Positions 10,075 through 20,853 of a DNA stretch of 24,600 nucleotides are shown here, piece after piece. Within the stretch, counting starts at the first letter, position 1, and every line of letters starts with the position of its first letter. This DNA comes from an uncultured Nitrososphaeraceae archaeon (GTDB taxonomy: Archaea; Thermoproteota; Nitrososphaeria; Nitrososphaerales; Nitrososphaeraceae): contig CAVSMN010000004.1 in NCBI GenBank assembly GCA_963729045.1, positions 1-24,600 on the forward strand, written 5' to 3'. A program made the position numbers and the translations under genes. The notes under the pieces were generated by a model that worked only from the letters and a program-made list of their open reading frames with translations, was not told the DNA's origin and searched no databases.

Positions 10075-10921
10075 ATGAAAAATAAATTAGAGATAAAAAT
10101 AATTTTATCGCTATGCTTTGTAACAATAATCACTGCGGTAACCGCAGTACCCCTCCAATCCGCACATGCCTTCTCTTGGCCTTGTATTGACAGAAGCGAC
10201 GGAAAGGCCCCTATCGCCGTTTCTGAAAACAATGTCTATGTTGCTTGGTGGGGAAATCAAAGCGGAAATTATGAAGTAATGTTCAAGGCCTCTAATGATG
10301 GTGGTCAGACATTTGGTGATAAGATTAGCCTAAGTAATTCTACAAATGGAACTTCAGTGGAAGCAGACGTAGCTGCATTTGGTAATAATGTATACGTTAC
10401 ATACGCAGACAACAAGACAGGAGATGCCGATGCTTATATTAGGACCTCCAACGATGGTGGAAAAACTTTTGGGCCTGAATTTAAATTGACTAACAATTCT
10501 GATTCCAATCTTGCATCTTCATCTGTTTCTCAAGGGATGAAGTCGTATGATAATGTCAAAACATCTCCATATGAACTCAAGGTTGCTGCTCAGGGTGACA
10601 ACGTCTACGTAATTGCAACAGGAGGTGATAAAAATGATACAACTTATCAACCAGATGTATTCATAAGAGTATCTAACGATAGTGGAAAAACTTTTGGTAA
10701 AGATATCAACTTGAGTGAATCAAAAGGAATTGTGTCAGAACGTACAGAGATAGACTGCATTAGGTGATAAGGTATACGTTACTTGGTGGGATAAAGGCTC
10801 TGATGGGACAGACACACCATTATTGAGAATAAGTGATGACAGAGGACAGACATTTGGTGACATCATAGTACTTACAGCAAATGCTACAACCGGCAGCACA
10901 ACAAATACACCATCATCCTAA
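10075..10921 (+). CDS. Secreted BNR/Asp-box repeat (sialidase-like beta-propeller) protein, frameshift near 10755
   Basis: Signal peptide MKNKLEIKIILSLCFVTIITAVTAVPLQSAHA. Asp boxes SNDGGQTF, SNDGGKTF and SNDSGKTF, then after the shift ALGDKVYVTWWDKG...ISDDRGQTFG to TAA 10919..10921. Confidence 0.8.
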
Positions 10922-11131
10922 TTTTTTAGGAAATTCATTCTTAACATAGAATAGAGAAAAGACAGTAAGATGTGATACCGACACTTACTTTCGTCTTCAA
11001 TATTTTTAAAATCAAATAAGAAAGTGGATTGTCAATTAATTATCAGCATTATTCTGCTCCGAAATCAATATTTTTGTAAGAACGATTATCATTAAAGAGC
11101 TTAAATAGTATTCCATTTAAATCAGAATAAC

Positions 11132-11934
11132 TTGTTCGTTAAATATTCAACATTATCAATATCTATTTCTGTTTCAATTTCATTTTTTATTATCCTGATA
11201 TCTGTTTTATCATTGGCAAATAGTGAGAACAAAATTTGGAATATTTCTGCCTTAACAGAAACACCTGAATTTGATATAAATACTCAAGATAATAGTAGTA
11301 ATCTCAGAAATATTACAAAAGAGAATAATTTCTCTTCATCTTTACCCTCAGTCTCATACTCTAATGCAACTTATGGAATAAAAATAGATTATCCATCCGA
11401 TTGGACAATAAAGGAGGGAGGTGTGGCAACAATTTTTCATAATCAAAGTAAAACACTTAATGTTGTAGCTGAAATTTTAGCTCCTATTCAGAGTGATTAC
11501 TATAATCCCAAAATAGGAGCTTCTCATAATAGTATTAGATTAGTTGTTGAAGATTATGATACCTTTGGAGATTTTACAAATAGCAACATCTTTAATTATC
11601 TGGAAAAACAATGACTCCGAAACAGACAACAAAAATAAACTTCTGACTGTAGCCACCAAGAGAATAGGTGCAATAGGGATTTATTGTCATGATTTTGACC
11701 TTAAAAGTTGGAATCAGAATGCAACATTAGCAGGTAACCCCGCTCATCAAATATTTTTAGATTACAGTTACGACAAAAACAGTAAAGATGCTACAGAAAT
11801 TTAGACTATAAAGGATGATAAAATTTACATCATCGAGTTTGTGGCTCAAGACAAGTACTATAGATCTATACTTGCCAGTTGTAAATGAAATTATTGAGTC
11901 ATTCCAGATTACAAATTCTACTGACAAAGATTGA
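11132..11934 (+). pseudogene. PsbP/DcrB-like secreted protein, interrupted by two frameshifts (~11605, ~11861) and an in-frame TAG at 11802..11804
   Basis: Signal anchor, YSNATYGIKIDYPSDW, NATLAGNPAHQIFLDY, ATEI*TIKDDKIYIIEF and DLYLPVVNEIIESFQIT are the typical N- and C-terminal signatures of this fold. Confidence 0.7.
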
Positions 11935-12571
11935 TTGTCACTCGGGAATAATCCTCAAATTCATTGAGAAGAATCTTCGTTCATATCCTTTTGCTTGCCT
12001 ATAGTTGTATGCAATATCAATATCTATAATGATTTGCTGTGCTTTATCTTTGAGTTGATTTCATAGCAATCTTTTACCAAAAGGATGCGATAGTAATCAT
12101 GTAGCAATTGTTGTCCTAATCTAATGAACAAGAATTAGTCAGAACATTAAAAAGTCAAGAAATCATGAATCTCACTTAAATTTGATTAAAGTTGAATTTC
12201 AAAATTTTTCTTCTCTGTAACAGTATAGATCATTAAATGTCTCCTCCTTTTGATATTTGTTTTAGGATACTCATTTTGATAAGATTCATTTAATTTTTCT
12301 CTAGGCGTATATCTAAGACATATACTATTTGACCTCATATCTTTCACAATATGATCGGATTGAGAAAAGCACTTGTCCTTAAATACTATATTGACTAAGA
12401 TTTATCTGCATAAGGCTGGATTGATCCCAAATTTGCTTGGTATTTTTTGATTAATAGATTGTATGGTGGATAGAATGTATTTCTTACTTTTAATCTCCAA
12501 ATGGGAAACGGAAAAAGTTTAGAAATACAATATCGATTTCTATGAGAAAAATTATTAAATTGACATTTGAC

Positions 12572-13099
12572 TCATCTGGTTGCCATTCTTGTGAATTGAG
12601 ATGGATTATTTTTAGAATGGATTTTATATATCATTTCGGACCATACTATTTTTTCAACTTTTCCTGTTTTTTTTACAAGTGATATTATATGTAGTAATTC
12701 TTTACTATGCTTATATAATACGTTTGCAATAATATCAGAGTTTCCTATGTGAATTTCTACAGATTCAATTCCTTCAATCTCGCTAATCTTCTCCGCCGTT
12801 TCATTGATATCTCCATCCACTAAATAAATATATAATAAGCCTGTTTTAAACCCAAATTTTTCATAATTAATATTTGATTTTACAATAATTGACTGACTAT
12901 AGATAAGATTTCTGACTCTTCTTTGTATGGTCGATAAAGGTATTTTCATTTGAGTTGCAATTTCTTTATTATTTTTTCCCAGTATTAGCAAATCCATGAT
13001 CTGGACATCAATTTCATCGAAATGATTATTATTTCTATCGTATCTTTGATCTTGATTTTGCAAGCCATTATTATATGATTTAACCAGCTTTTTAACCAT
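12572..13099 (-). CDS. Lrp/AsnC family transcriptional regulator
   Basis: wHTH FDEIDVQIMDLLILGKNNKEIATQMKIPLSTIQRRVRNL, linker YEKFGFKTG, C-terminal RAM-like IHIGNSDIIA. Confidence 0.88.
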   Translation of the reverse strand: MVKKLVKSYNNGLQNQDQRYDRNNNHFDEIDVQIMDLLILGKNNKEIATQMKIPLSTIQRRVRNLIYSQSIIVKSNINYEKFGFKTGLLYIYLVDGDINETAEKISEIEGIESVEIHIGNSDIIANVLYKHSKELLHIISLVKKTGKVEKIVWSEMIYKIHSKNNPSQFTRMATR

Positions 13100-13362
13100 T
13101 TCTTTAATACAATAAACAAAAATGATGCATTATTTAGGTTTATCAATATTTTCGCTACCCAGCATTTGAAGTCAATCTAATGGAAAATATTTACGTGCCT
13201 AATAGTTTAGTTATGAACAAGGCGATACAGAGGCAATCTAGTGCCCCTTACAACATTAGAATAACCAAGTAATATCTCTTCTGCCATGTATTCCTTCTTG
13301 ATTTTTTGCATAAATGGAGATTAAATCTATTGATGATTTTTTGACTATTGAAAAGTAGAAAA

Positions 13363-14001
13363 TTAAGAGGAAAATAGGTCAACAAAAGAAGACTGATCAT
13401 TTTTTTTCTCACTAATATATTCAGACCAGCTAACCCCGTTTACCATTTCATTTTCCTTTATTTCTTCTAAAAGGTTAAATAAAAAAACTGAGTTTTTGTA
13501 TACGATTCTAAAAGAAATATTTGTATCAGGATTTCCTATTCTTAAAGACATATCAACTATATTTCTTCTATGGCTTTTGTAAATTTCTTTCATTACCTCA
13601 TGACTGTTTCCTTTCTTAGTATTAATGGAGATTTCTGAAATTCTCAGTCCTAGTTTTTTGGGATCCAGAGTATAAGTTTTCTCCAATACAGAATATTTTT
13701 CTAACATACTTCGTCTCCTTTGAATAGTTGAAAGTGGGATCGCAAGCTTTGAAGCAATCTCAGAACTTTTTATGTCTCCATTATTGAGTAATTCTTCTAT
13801 AATTTTTAAGTTAATATTATCAAGATGTATGTGAGAATAATTATTATCAGTGATATTTGGATTAGATAATTGATCTATCTCATTCTTATTAGATAAATCA
13901 CTACTTTTGGATTTTTCTTCCTTAGTAGAATCGCCGTTCAAGTCTTTCTGTCTAGAGTTGGTTACTTTACCAATATTGAACCGTTTTACTCTTTCTGGCA
14001 A
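13363..14001 (-). CDS. Lrp/AsnC family transcriptional regulator with N-terminal low-complexity extension
   Basis: LDNINLKIIEELLNNGDIKSSEIASKLAIPLSTIQRRRSMLEK; LDPKKLGLR linker. Confidence 0.85.
   Translation of the reverse strand: MPERVKRFNIGKVTNSRQKDLNGDSTKEEKSKSSDLSNKNEIDQLSNPNITDNNYSHIHLDNINLKIIEELLNNGDIKSSEIASKLAIPLSTIQRRRSMLEKYSVLEKTYTLDPKKLGLRISEISINTKKGNSHEVMKEIYKSHRRNIVDMSLRIGNPDTNISFRIVYKNSVFLFNLLEEIKENEMVNGVSWSEYISEKKNDQSSFVDLFSS
13712..13824. repeat. 113-bp direct repeat, copy 1 (HTH-coding block)
   Basis: Matches 14589..14701 at 112 of 113 positions by direct comparison. Confidence 0.95.
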
Positions 14002-14209
14002 TATACATCTAATTTTTGTTCATTATGGGATTTAAATATATCTTTTAACTGTTTCGTGATGCATTAAATCAAAAAAAGATAGAAAATATGACAAATAAAT
14101 CACCGTGCTTCATTTATAGATGATTTACTATAACTTGATTAAGATTAGATATCGGATATTCGGGTTTTTGCATCATTTGTTTTTAAATGAATAAAAAGAA
14201 ATTGCTAAC

Positions 14210-14962
14210 TTAATTATTCTTACTGGTTTCTAGTTCCTTTATTTTCCTAGTTAACGCAAAATTAACAACACTAGAAATATTGTCACCAATTGGATAAACT
14301 TGTTCAGACCAATCGACACTGGTCGTCAGAGGCATGGCCTTTATCTCCTCTAATAGAGCATGTAGTTCCTCCGAATTATCATAAATAATTTCAAGACATA
14401 GATTATTGGAACTATTTATTCTTGTAGATGCTCTAAGAATATAATGGTCATATCTCTTGAGCAATTTTTCTCCAGTTTCCTTTGCCTTACCCTTTTGAAC
14501 ATCTGCAAATATAAGAGCAGTTCTAAATCCCATTTGATTTAAACTCATTTCATAGGTTTTTCGAACAATGGTTTTCTCAATTTTTGTCCGTCTCCTTTGA
14601 ATAGTTGAAAGTGGGATCGCAAGCTTTGTAGCAATCTCAGAACTTTTTATGTCTCCATTATTGAGTAATTCTTCTATAATTTTTAAGTTAATATTATCAA
14701 GGGTAGAAATCAAGTTTCTTTCATTATTATGAGCCTGAGTTATTTTGATGTTAAAATCATCTTCATCCCTATATCCGGGAACATTATTTGATAAAACAAT
14801 TGTTTTCCCCACACCTGAAAGTTTTTGTTTTCCACCGCTTTTTGCCTTCGAATATTGTTCAATGCTATTGATATTTCCAGTTTTGGGACTAATGACACTA
14901 TTTTTTACAGATTTTCTTGACACATGGTTCACTCTTTTATCGTTTGGAAGGCTTTTAAACAT
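14210..14962 (-). CDS. Lrp/AsnC family transcriptional regulator with long N-terminal extension
   Basis: LDNINLKIIEELLNNGDIKSSEIATKLAIPLSTIQRRRTKIEK; LNQMGFRTALIF linker. Confidence 0.85.
   Translation of the reverse strand: MFKSLPNDKRVNHVSRKSVKNSVISPKTGNINSIEQYSKAKSGGKQKLSGVGKTIVLSNNVPGYRDEDDFNIKITQAHNNERNLISTLDNINLKIIEELLNNGDIKSSEIATKLAIPLSTIQRRRTKIEKTIVRKTYEMSLNQMGFRTALIFADVQKGKAKETGEKLLKRYDHYILRASTRINSSNNLCLEIIYDNSEELHALLEEIKAMPLTTSVDWSEQVYPIGDNISSVVNFALTRKIKELETSKNN
14589..14701. repeat. 113-bp direct repeat, copy 2 (HTH-coding block)
   Basis: Matches 13712..13824 with one mismatch (Ser versus Thr codon). Confidence 0.95.
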
Positions 14963-15216
14963 ATAGTAATTGAATAGTTAAGTAGCGCGCATGTCCTCTT
15001 CATTAATTTTTGACTCAAAATCGTTCCGAAGATGATAAATTGTGAATTTACGATTTATTCAAAAAAAATAAACATACAATAATTGGATTTTATATTACTA
15101 AAATTCTCAATCTAATTTTTCAAAATCATATGAATTTAGAAGAAAATTATCAGTTAATACAGTAGATCATGTTAGAGTTAAAACCATATTTGCATGAATA
15201 CAAGTTAAATTATGAG

Positions 15217-15792
15217 TTAACAACTTTCCCGATTTAATACTGTACGCAATTGTGCTAGCTTAAATGGCATGACAAGTATGTCTTTGTCATTAATCGCCGC
15301 AGAGTCTAAAGCCGCTTGAGACAATTCTTCTCTCATATAGGTTGTTAGCAAAACTATTCTTTGATTTGGACTTCTAGAGTATATTTTCTTTGCAACATCT
15401 AGACCCAGTCTACCTTTCAAATGAGTGTCTATTAGAATGACGTCGTAATTTCTACCATGGTTTCTATCTTCCTGGAAAATACCAATAGCCTTATCTCCAT
15501 CGTCAGCAGTTATTGATTCAGCACCCACCAAATCAAGATAGGTTTTAAATAATAAACGGATGTCTGGTTCAGATTCGACAATTAGAATCCGTATTTGACT
15601 TGTTAAATTTGGAAATGACGCGTCATATTTGATATCAACCAATTCATTTTTCTTATCGCCGTCAGGAGGAGAAGCCACAATACTACTATCGTTCAAGGCT
15701 GAAATTTTCATCCGATACCCGCTTCGATCATCATAATATGAGTTTAGGGTACTATCTTCTAATTCATGCCCTTGGTTTTGTCTTTGAACCAT
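15217..15792 (-). CDS. Stand-alone response-regulator receiver (REC) protein with N-terminal extension, atypical active site
   Basis: RILIVESEPDIRLLFKTYL, YDVILIDTHLKGRLGLDVAKKI, IVLLT, ILVMPF. Confidence 0.85.
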   Translation of the reverse strand: MVQRQNQGHELEDSTLNSYYDDRSGYRMKISALNDSSIVASPPDGDKKNELVDIKYDASFPNLTSQIRILIVESEPDIRLLFKTYLDLVGAESITADDGDKAIGIFQEDRNHGRNYDVILIDTHLKGRLGLDVAKKIYSRSPNQRIVLLTTYMREELSQAALDSAAINDKDILVMPFKLAQLRTVLNRESC

Positions 15793-15821
15793 TTCATATT
15801 GATTGACTTCGGTAAACAGCG

Positions 15822-18800
15822 AAACCCACCTTGTATACTAATTATTCAACATTGCTTATAAACCTCATTTTTTATTAAAAAGTTGAAGTCATGAATCACC
15901 TTCTATATCTAAAATGATTATCTGTATCAAGTTTGTATTTGCACCGGCTGCAGTCATCAATAAACATGGCTTTAATTTCCACTTTTTAAGTATTTGAGAC
16001 TAAAGGCCTCATTTTTTTATAGTTTTAGTAAGTAAATAAGCAAAACAAAATAAGACATGGTCTGTAGTCAAATAGTCGATTGCCATTGAGAAATAGTTTA
16101 TGTTAGAATTAAAAATGTAGTTTTGATCACCTAAACATAACAATACTTCTATGGAGTGAATTTTTATCCCCCATAGACATTTCAATCAAGACTTTGACAT
16201 AAAAGATACATAAAAACATTTTCCCTGTGTTAGGAAAGCAGATTTGTATCCCTTATGTTATAAAAAGCCACAATTTTGGGTTTTTCATAATAGGTGTATG
16301 ATCTTGACTTCATGTTCCAAAAGGAAAAAAATTTTAGTAACGGTTCAAACACTCTAGTTAACCCCATATAGACATCCGTTCTTATGCTTTGCGCTAGTCA
16401 TTGACCACCCCTTTGCAATATTTCGGTTCATTTGTCACAATACAGATGTTGAATTTGGGGTAAAATCATCTATAACTTAATCAATACATAGCCATCACAC
16501 ACTTAATTACAAGCCTCATTTACTATCATTGGAAATATATATCATGGCAGTACCAATGAATATTTAGAAGAGAATCCATCCATAATGTAGTTAAAAAAAC
16601 ATTCACAATTATTATACCTCAAAAAAGGATGGAATATCCCAAAAATTCTTGATCACTTTAGTTTTTTGAAGGCATTAGCGGTTTACAAACTATGGAATAA
16701 GTCACTTCTTTACGACGTTTTAAAATATTATTATATTTTAATTCTCATATTTTGTGTTCAGCATGTGTACTAGTTGCTTTGGTATTCACAAACTTGGCAC
16801 ATCAATTTTTCGAGAACAAATGGTATTTTCTGAGAATAGATCGTTTATCAACAAGGCAAGTAGTTAATAACCAATATTAAATTTATGTGGAAATAAATTC
16901 AGCTGCTATAATGTGCTTACATTTTACATGCCTGTAGATAAAATCATTACAAGTACAACTCTGTTCTTCCAAGTTCACGAGATAATTTTTTTCTTTATCC
17001 ATAGAACTCTTTACCTTGTAAATTTTCCTACTAGATTCTAAGGAATTATTATCGAGATTTGAGTCATTCTTATCTTTTTTGACCATTGTTTTGAGATCCT
17101 CTTCAACTATTAGAGATGTTTCATTAAGAGTTGACTCTATAATATCATATGCTCTATGAATTCTATTCTCATGATTTTCTTTTTTAACGATCTCTTTCTT
17201 AGATGTCTTGTTTGACCTTTTTATTGTCTTATTCGATAGTGGTGGTGTATTTGATGGTTTTTTCTGTAGTAACAGAGAAGCAGTTGGATGTTGTTATTAT
17301 ACTTGGTGCTTCTGTTTTTACCCCCATATCCTTTGATATGGCTTTAAGATCTTGTTTCTTGATTTTAATCTCTTCATTTTCAACTGCTACTGCTTTATTT
17401 ACTACTCTAATCACATGGTCGTCTTTTGTATCAGGAACGTATACGACATATATTAACGCAATATTCTTACCCTCATATTTTCGAAGCACTCGGCCTATTC
17501 TTTGGACTATTTGGTTTATATTAGATGTGGTAGCCAAGATAATCTCTATCCTGACTTGAGGAACATCATAGCCGATTTCTAAAGTATGCACAGATAGAAG
17601 GACGTTAAAGGTAGTACCCCAGGAATTTAGAATCCTTTGCCGATCTATTGCTCTTACCTTAGCGTCAATAATTTTTGATTCTATTCCTCCACTTTCCAAA
17701 ATATCCCTCAATTTTTCAATGGATTCTATTGTCTCACTAAATACCATAATTTTCTCATCCGGAAATTTATTTTGAATTATATTCGCTGCCGCGGTTAATT
17801 TATTATCAGCATAGCTTAACAACAACTTTCTTTTTCGAATGTTTGCAAACCAAGCTTTCGCCATCCCACTTGCAAATCCACCTTTTTTCAAAAGATTGGT
17901 CATTGAACTGACATCATATCTTTTGAATTTATTTGAAATATTCTTTATCTTCGTAGAATAGACATTGTATTCTTTAATTTCACTTTCTGTCAGAGAAACT
18001 TTTATTGGAATTACTATGGGTTTGGCTAGTCTTTTATCTTTAACTGCCTTTTTAATGGAATATCTTTTTACAGGTGGTAATACTGCAAGTATGGTACTGT
18101 TTTTAAAATCCTTCTCATCCAATGTGGCGGTGAGACCTAAAATTGCCTTTTTTGGATCTTCAATTACAATATCAAAAATTTTAATAAACGATGTTGAAGT
18201 ATCTCTTATCAAATGCACTTCATCAAATATCACCATATTAGAACGTCGAACCAGTAATGGATTTCGTATTACACTATGGTAGGTGCATATAATTATCTCC
18301 CTTTTTTCTTTGCGTTCTCCAAAATAAACCCCAATTTTCTCTTTTGGGATGCCATATGAAACTAATCTATTTAGAGTTTGATCTATTAAGGATATTCGCG
18401 GTACCAAAAACAAAATATTGAAAAATGAAAAAGAAAGTGTATTTTTTCTATATTGGGCTTTACAGTAGTTTCAATCTGTTTATGAAAAGAAGTGGTATTT
18501 TTTTCGTTATTTAATATCAAATCCGCAGAGAACATTTCATCCATTTTCGATGGAGATTTCATCCTTTCTGGTGAAAGAAGTTGACCCACTATCCTCCTTG
18601 CACATTCGAATGCGATTTCAGTTTTTCCAGTTCCTGTACTGTAGAGGATAGTGCCCCTGTTGTTGTTTTCCATCCATGCATCTACTGCGGCTATCTGATC
18701 ATCCTTTAAATCGAAAGGAAATTTTAACGACAAAATAGAAGGTGAAAGAGTTTGTGTAGATGGTGAGATTATCGTATCTATTTCCGATTCCTCTTCAATG

Positions 18801-18991
18801 ATTTCTGAATCCTTTATAATGTGATTAGGTCTAGGTTTCATTGCTAAAAAAGTGTAGTATATCATGGTTTACTGAAGAGATCATTATCTTATTTTGCCAC
18901 TTATTATTGCAATAAATTGATTAATATACTTTTACGAAAATAAAAATAATCCTCATTAAAAAATATAGATAGTTTAGGAGCGGACAAGGGC
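15822..18991 (-). repeat. Right arm of large diverged inverted repeat (pairs with 1..3739); lacks ~590 bp at junction 16146..16148
   Basis: The reverse complement is colinear with the left arm, e.g. 15940 tgcaccggctgca versus 3609 tgcagccggtgca, and the helicase proteins are nearly identical. Confidence 0.95.
16883..18865 (-). pseudogene. SF2 DExH helicase with C-terminal SWIM zinc finger, copy 2; frameshifts near 18445 and 17286
   Basis: Joins ORFs 18386..18865, 17229..18413 and the frame ending in 16883..17086. Motifs YSTGTGKT, VPRISLIDQ, DEVH, TAT, QRIGRVLR and SWIM CTC...CKH. The indels are a missing A in an A-tract and an extra C (acatccaact versus acatcaact). Confidence 0.9.
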
Positions 18992-19654
18992 CCATTATAT
19001 GTGATTGGAAATATAGGATAAGTCGAGAAATAGTAAGATCATTTTAGCACTATTATTGAGAACTTGGATGTTATCTCTTGAGAGCAGTGTCTCACGATTT
19101 GAATAATGGTCTAGTAGAACAAACATATTAAACGACAAAAGGTTTACTGGAGAAATGATGAAACGTGTTCGTTACATACGGTAGATTATTTTTTGGTAAC
19201 TCCGTGGATTAATATACTTTAAAATAAATAACTGAGATGTAGGACTTTGCAAAAGAAATATTAATGTTGTATTTTTATAAGTTTTTGCATAGGATAATTT
19301 GTTCGGGCTTTTTGAGAGGAAATTAAGATTGGATTACTTCCATCTATCGATAATAAAATAGACAACTGTTACAAATTGAGCCATCATAGGAGGGGGACAG
19401 ATTATCTTCTCCTATAATAAATTAACCTGTACTTCAAATACTTGATGTCGGGATTTCAATATGGATACAATAAAGGATAGGTCGCAAGAGTTTGAATCGG
19501 GGATTATGACTACATCTACCCTCTCATATTTGCCTCTACTCTTATCCGCTTATCGTATGCTTAATTTAGTTGATAAAATAGAAATACTACTTTTATTGGA
19601 AACTGTCATGAACTTTTTATTAAGATTTCTTTTCTTTTTAATTTCTTATTTATT

Positions 19655-20356
19655 TCATTGCTGGGTTAACCATATCTTAAACTCTTGTATTAGCGGGTTA
19701 ATATCAATTATATTTCCATCCCATTCTTGGAGGATTTTAACTCGTGATTCTTCTAAACTCATTCCTTTACTTAAACTATCCATATTATAAGTATCAGGAA
19801 TTCTGACCATACAGTTTGAATATCTGGGTTGTTGTGAAAGATCAGACTTTCCGTCAGTCAAAAATCTCTCTGCAAATTGCAAAAAAACTTCTGACATATA
19901 GTAATCATAGAATCGACTATTCAATGAAAATAGATTCTGAAATCTTCCTTTAGAAAATTCAACTTCGGTATCCAGAATTGGAACCTGTACCGGTAAATAA
20001 ATATGATATCCATTACCAGTCCACAGCACGGTAGGTAGGCCTTGGATTTTTTCTTTTATTTGTATTAAAGTTTGTTTTAAGAGATAATCTAGTTTCCTGA
20101 TTGGGTAAATGCACGTTTTGCAAAGGGAAAGATCCAAATCTATAAAAATAAAATTGGGTGATTGGATAAGCCTTCTGTTAATTTCTAAAATTTCAGGATA
20201 GGCATTTATCACACATTCTCTATAATCCGCTTCTCTACATCTTTGTAATATCTCCTCTTTTGAATTTATTGAGATGAGACCTTTCGAAGTCAAAGTCATC
20301 ATTTTGCGTGGAAATATACCATTGGGACTTCTGAAATGGGATAAAATAAAATCAAC
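19655..20356 (-). pseudogene. Second AEP primase catalytic domain (paralogue of 5241..6386) without the PriX-like tail; start uncertain
   Basis: The frame upstream of 20302 reads VDFILSHFRSPNGIFPRKMMTL, matching IDFILSHF...FPRKMMTF. Also FIFIDLD, WTGNGYHIY and MVRIPDTYN. It stops at WLTQQ*; removing one base gives only QEINKKLKRKKS*. Confidence 0.8.
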
Positions 20357-20607
20357 GGAGTTTATCTTTATGGTTTGTCGCCTCCAACCCCTATATTTTA
20401 AAGAGTAATTACTAATAAAAATACATTGGTAGATTAATTATCCTATTCAACTATATTAGTTCTTAATCAAGCCAATAAATTATTTCATTCTCGAATTCTC
20501 GTCCCAATAACAAAACCTAGTTAACAAAAATTTGTTAATTTCAGAATAGGGATTGAATGGAAAACAATTTTTGGAGTAATTCTATAACCAAGTCTACATC
20601 TTTCGTA

Positions 20608-20853
20608 TTAAACCTCAATCAAACGGAGAAAATAATGAAGGTCTTGATCAGAGAACAGAATTCGTTTTCTATTTTTATTTCTATCTTCATTCACAAAAGC
20701 ATCAAACCTTCTAACCCATGAAAAATTGGTTGGATTCATTTGCCTACTAGTAGGTAACAAAGGAACATGATTTATTGAATGCCTATAAGAGGATAGATCG
20801 CCGCAAGATCGAACAAATCTTTTTAAATGAAATGCTCCTGGCCTGGATGTCAT
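20608..20853 (-). CDS. Hypothetical small protein
   Basis: 81-aa ATG-started ORF co-oriented with the AEP gene; no motif recognised. Confidence 0.3.
   Translation of the reverse strand: MTSRPGAFHLKRFVRSCGDLSSYRHSINHVPLLPTSRQMNPTNFSWVRRFDAFVNEDRNKNRKRILFSDQDLHYFLRLIEV

Noticed and set aside
10959..10997. Imperfect hairpin after the Asp-box gene (aagac-agtaag...cttact-gtctt)
   Set aside because: Bulged and weak; archaeal termination usually relies on T-tracts, so no function can be assigned.
13712..14701. 113-bp repeat pair as a diversity-generating retroelement TR/VR
   Set aside because: Only one mismatch, both copies lie in coding HTH domains, and there is no reverse transcriptase in the window.
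16883..17086. SWIM ORF as an independent gene or transposase remnant
   Set aside because: The frame is open upstream into the helicase linker, and the left copy has ATA at the supposed ATG. No DDE or HUH domain was seen.
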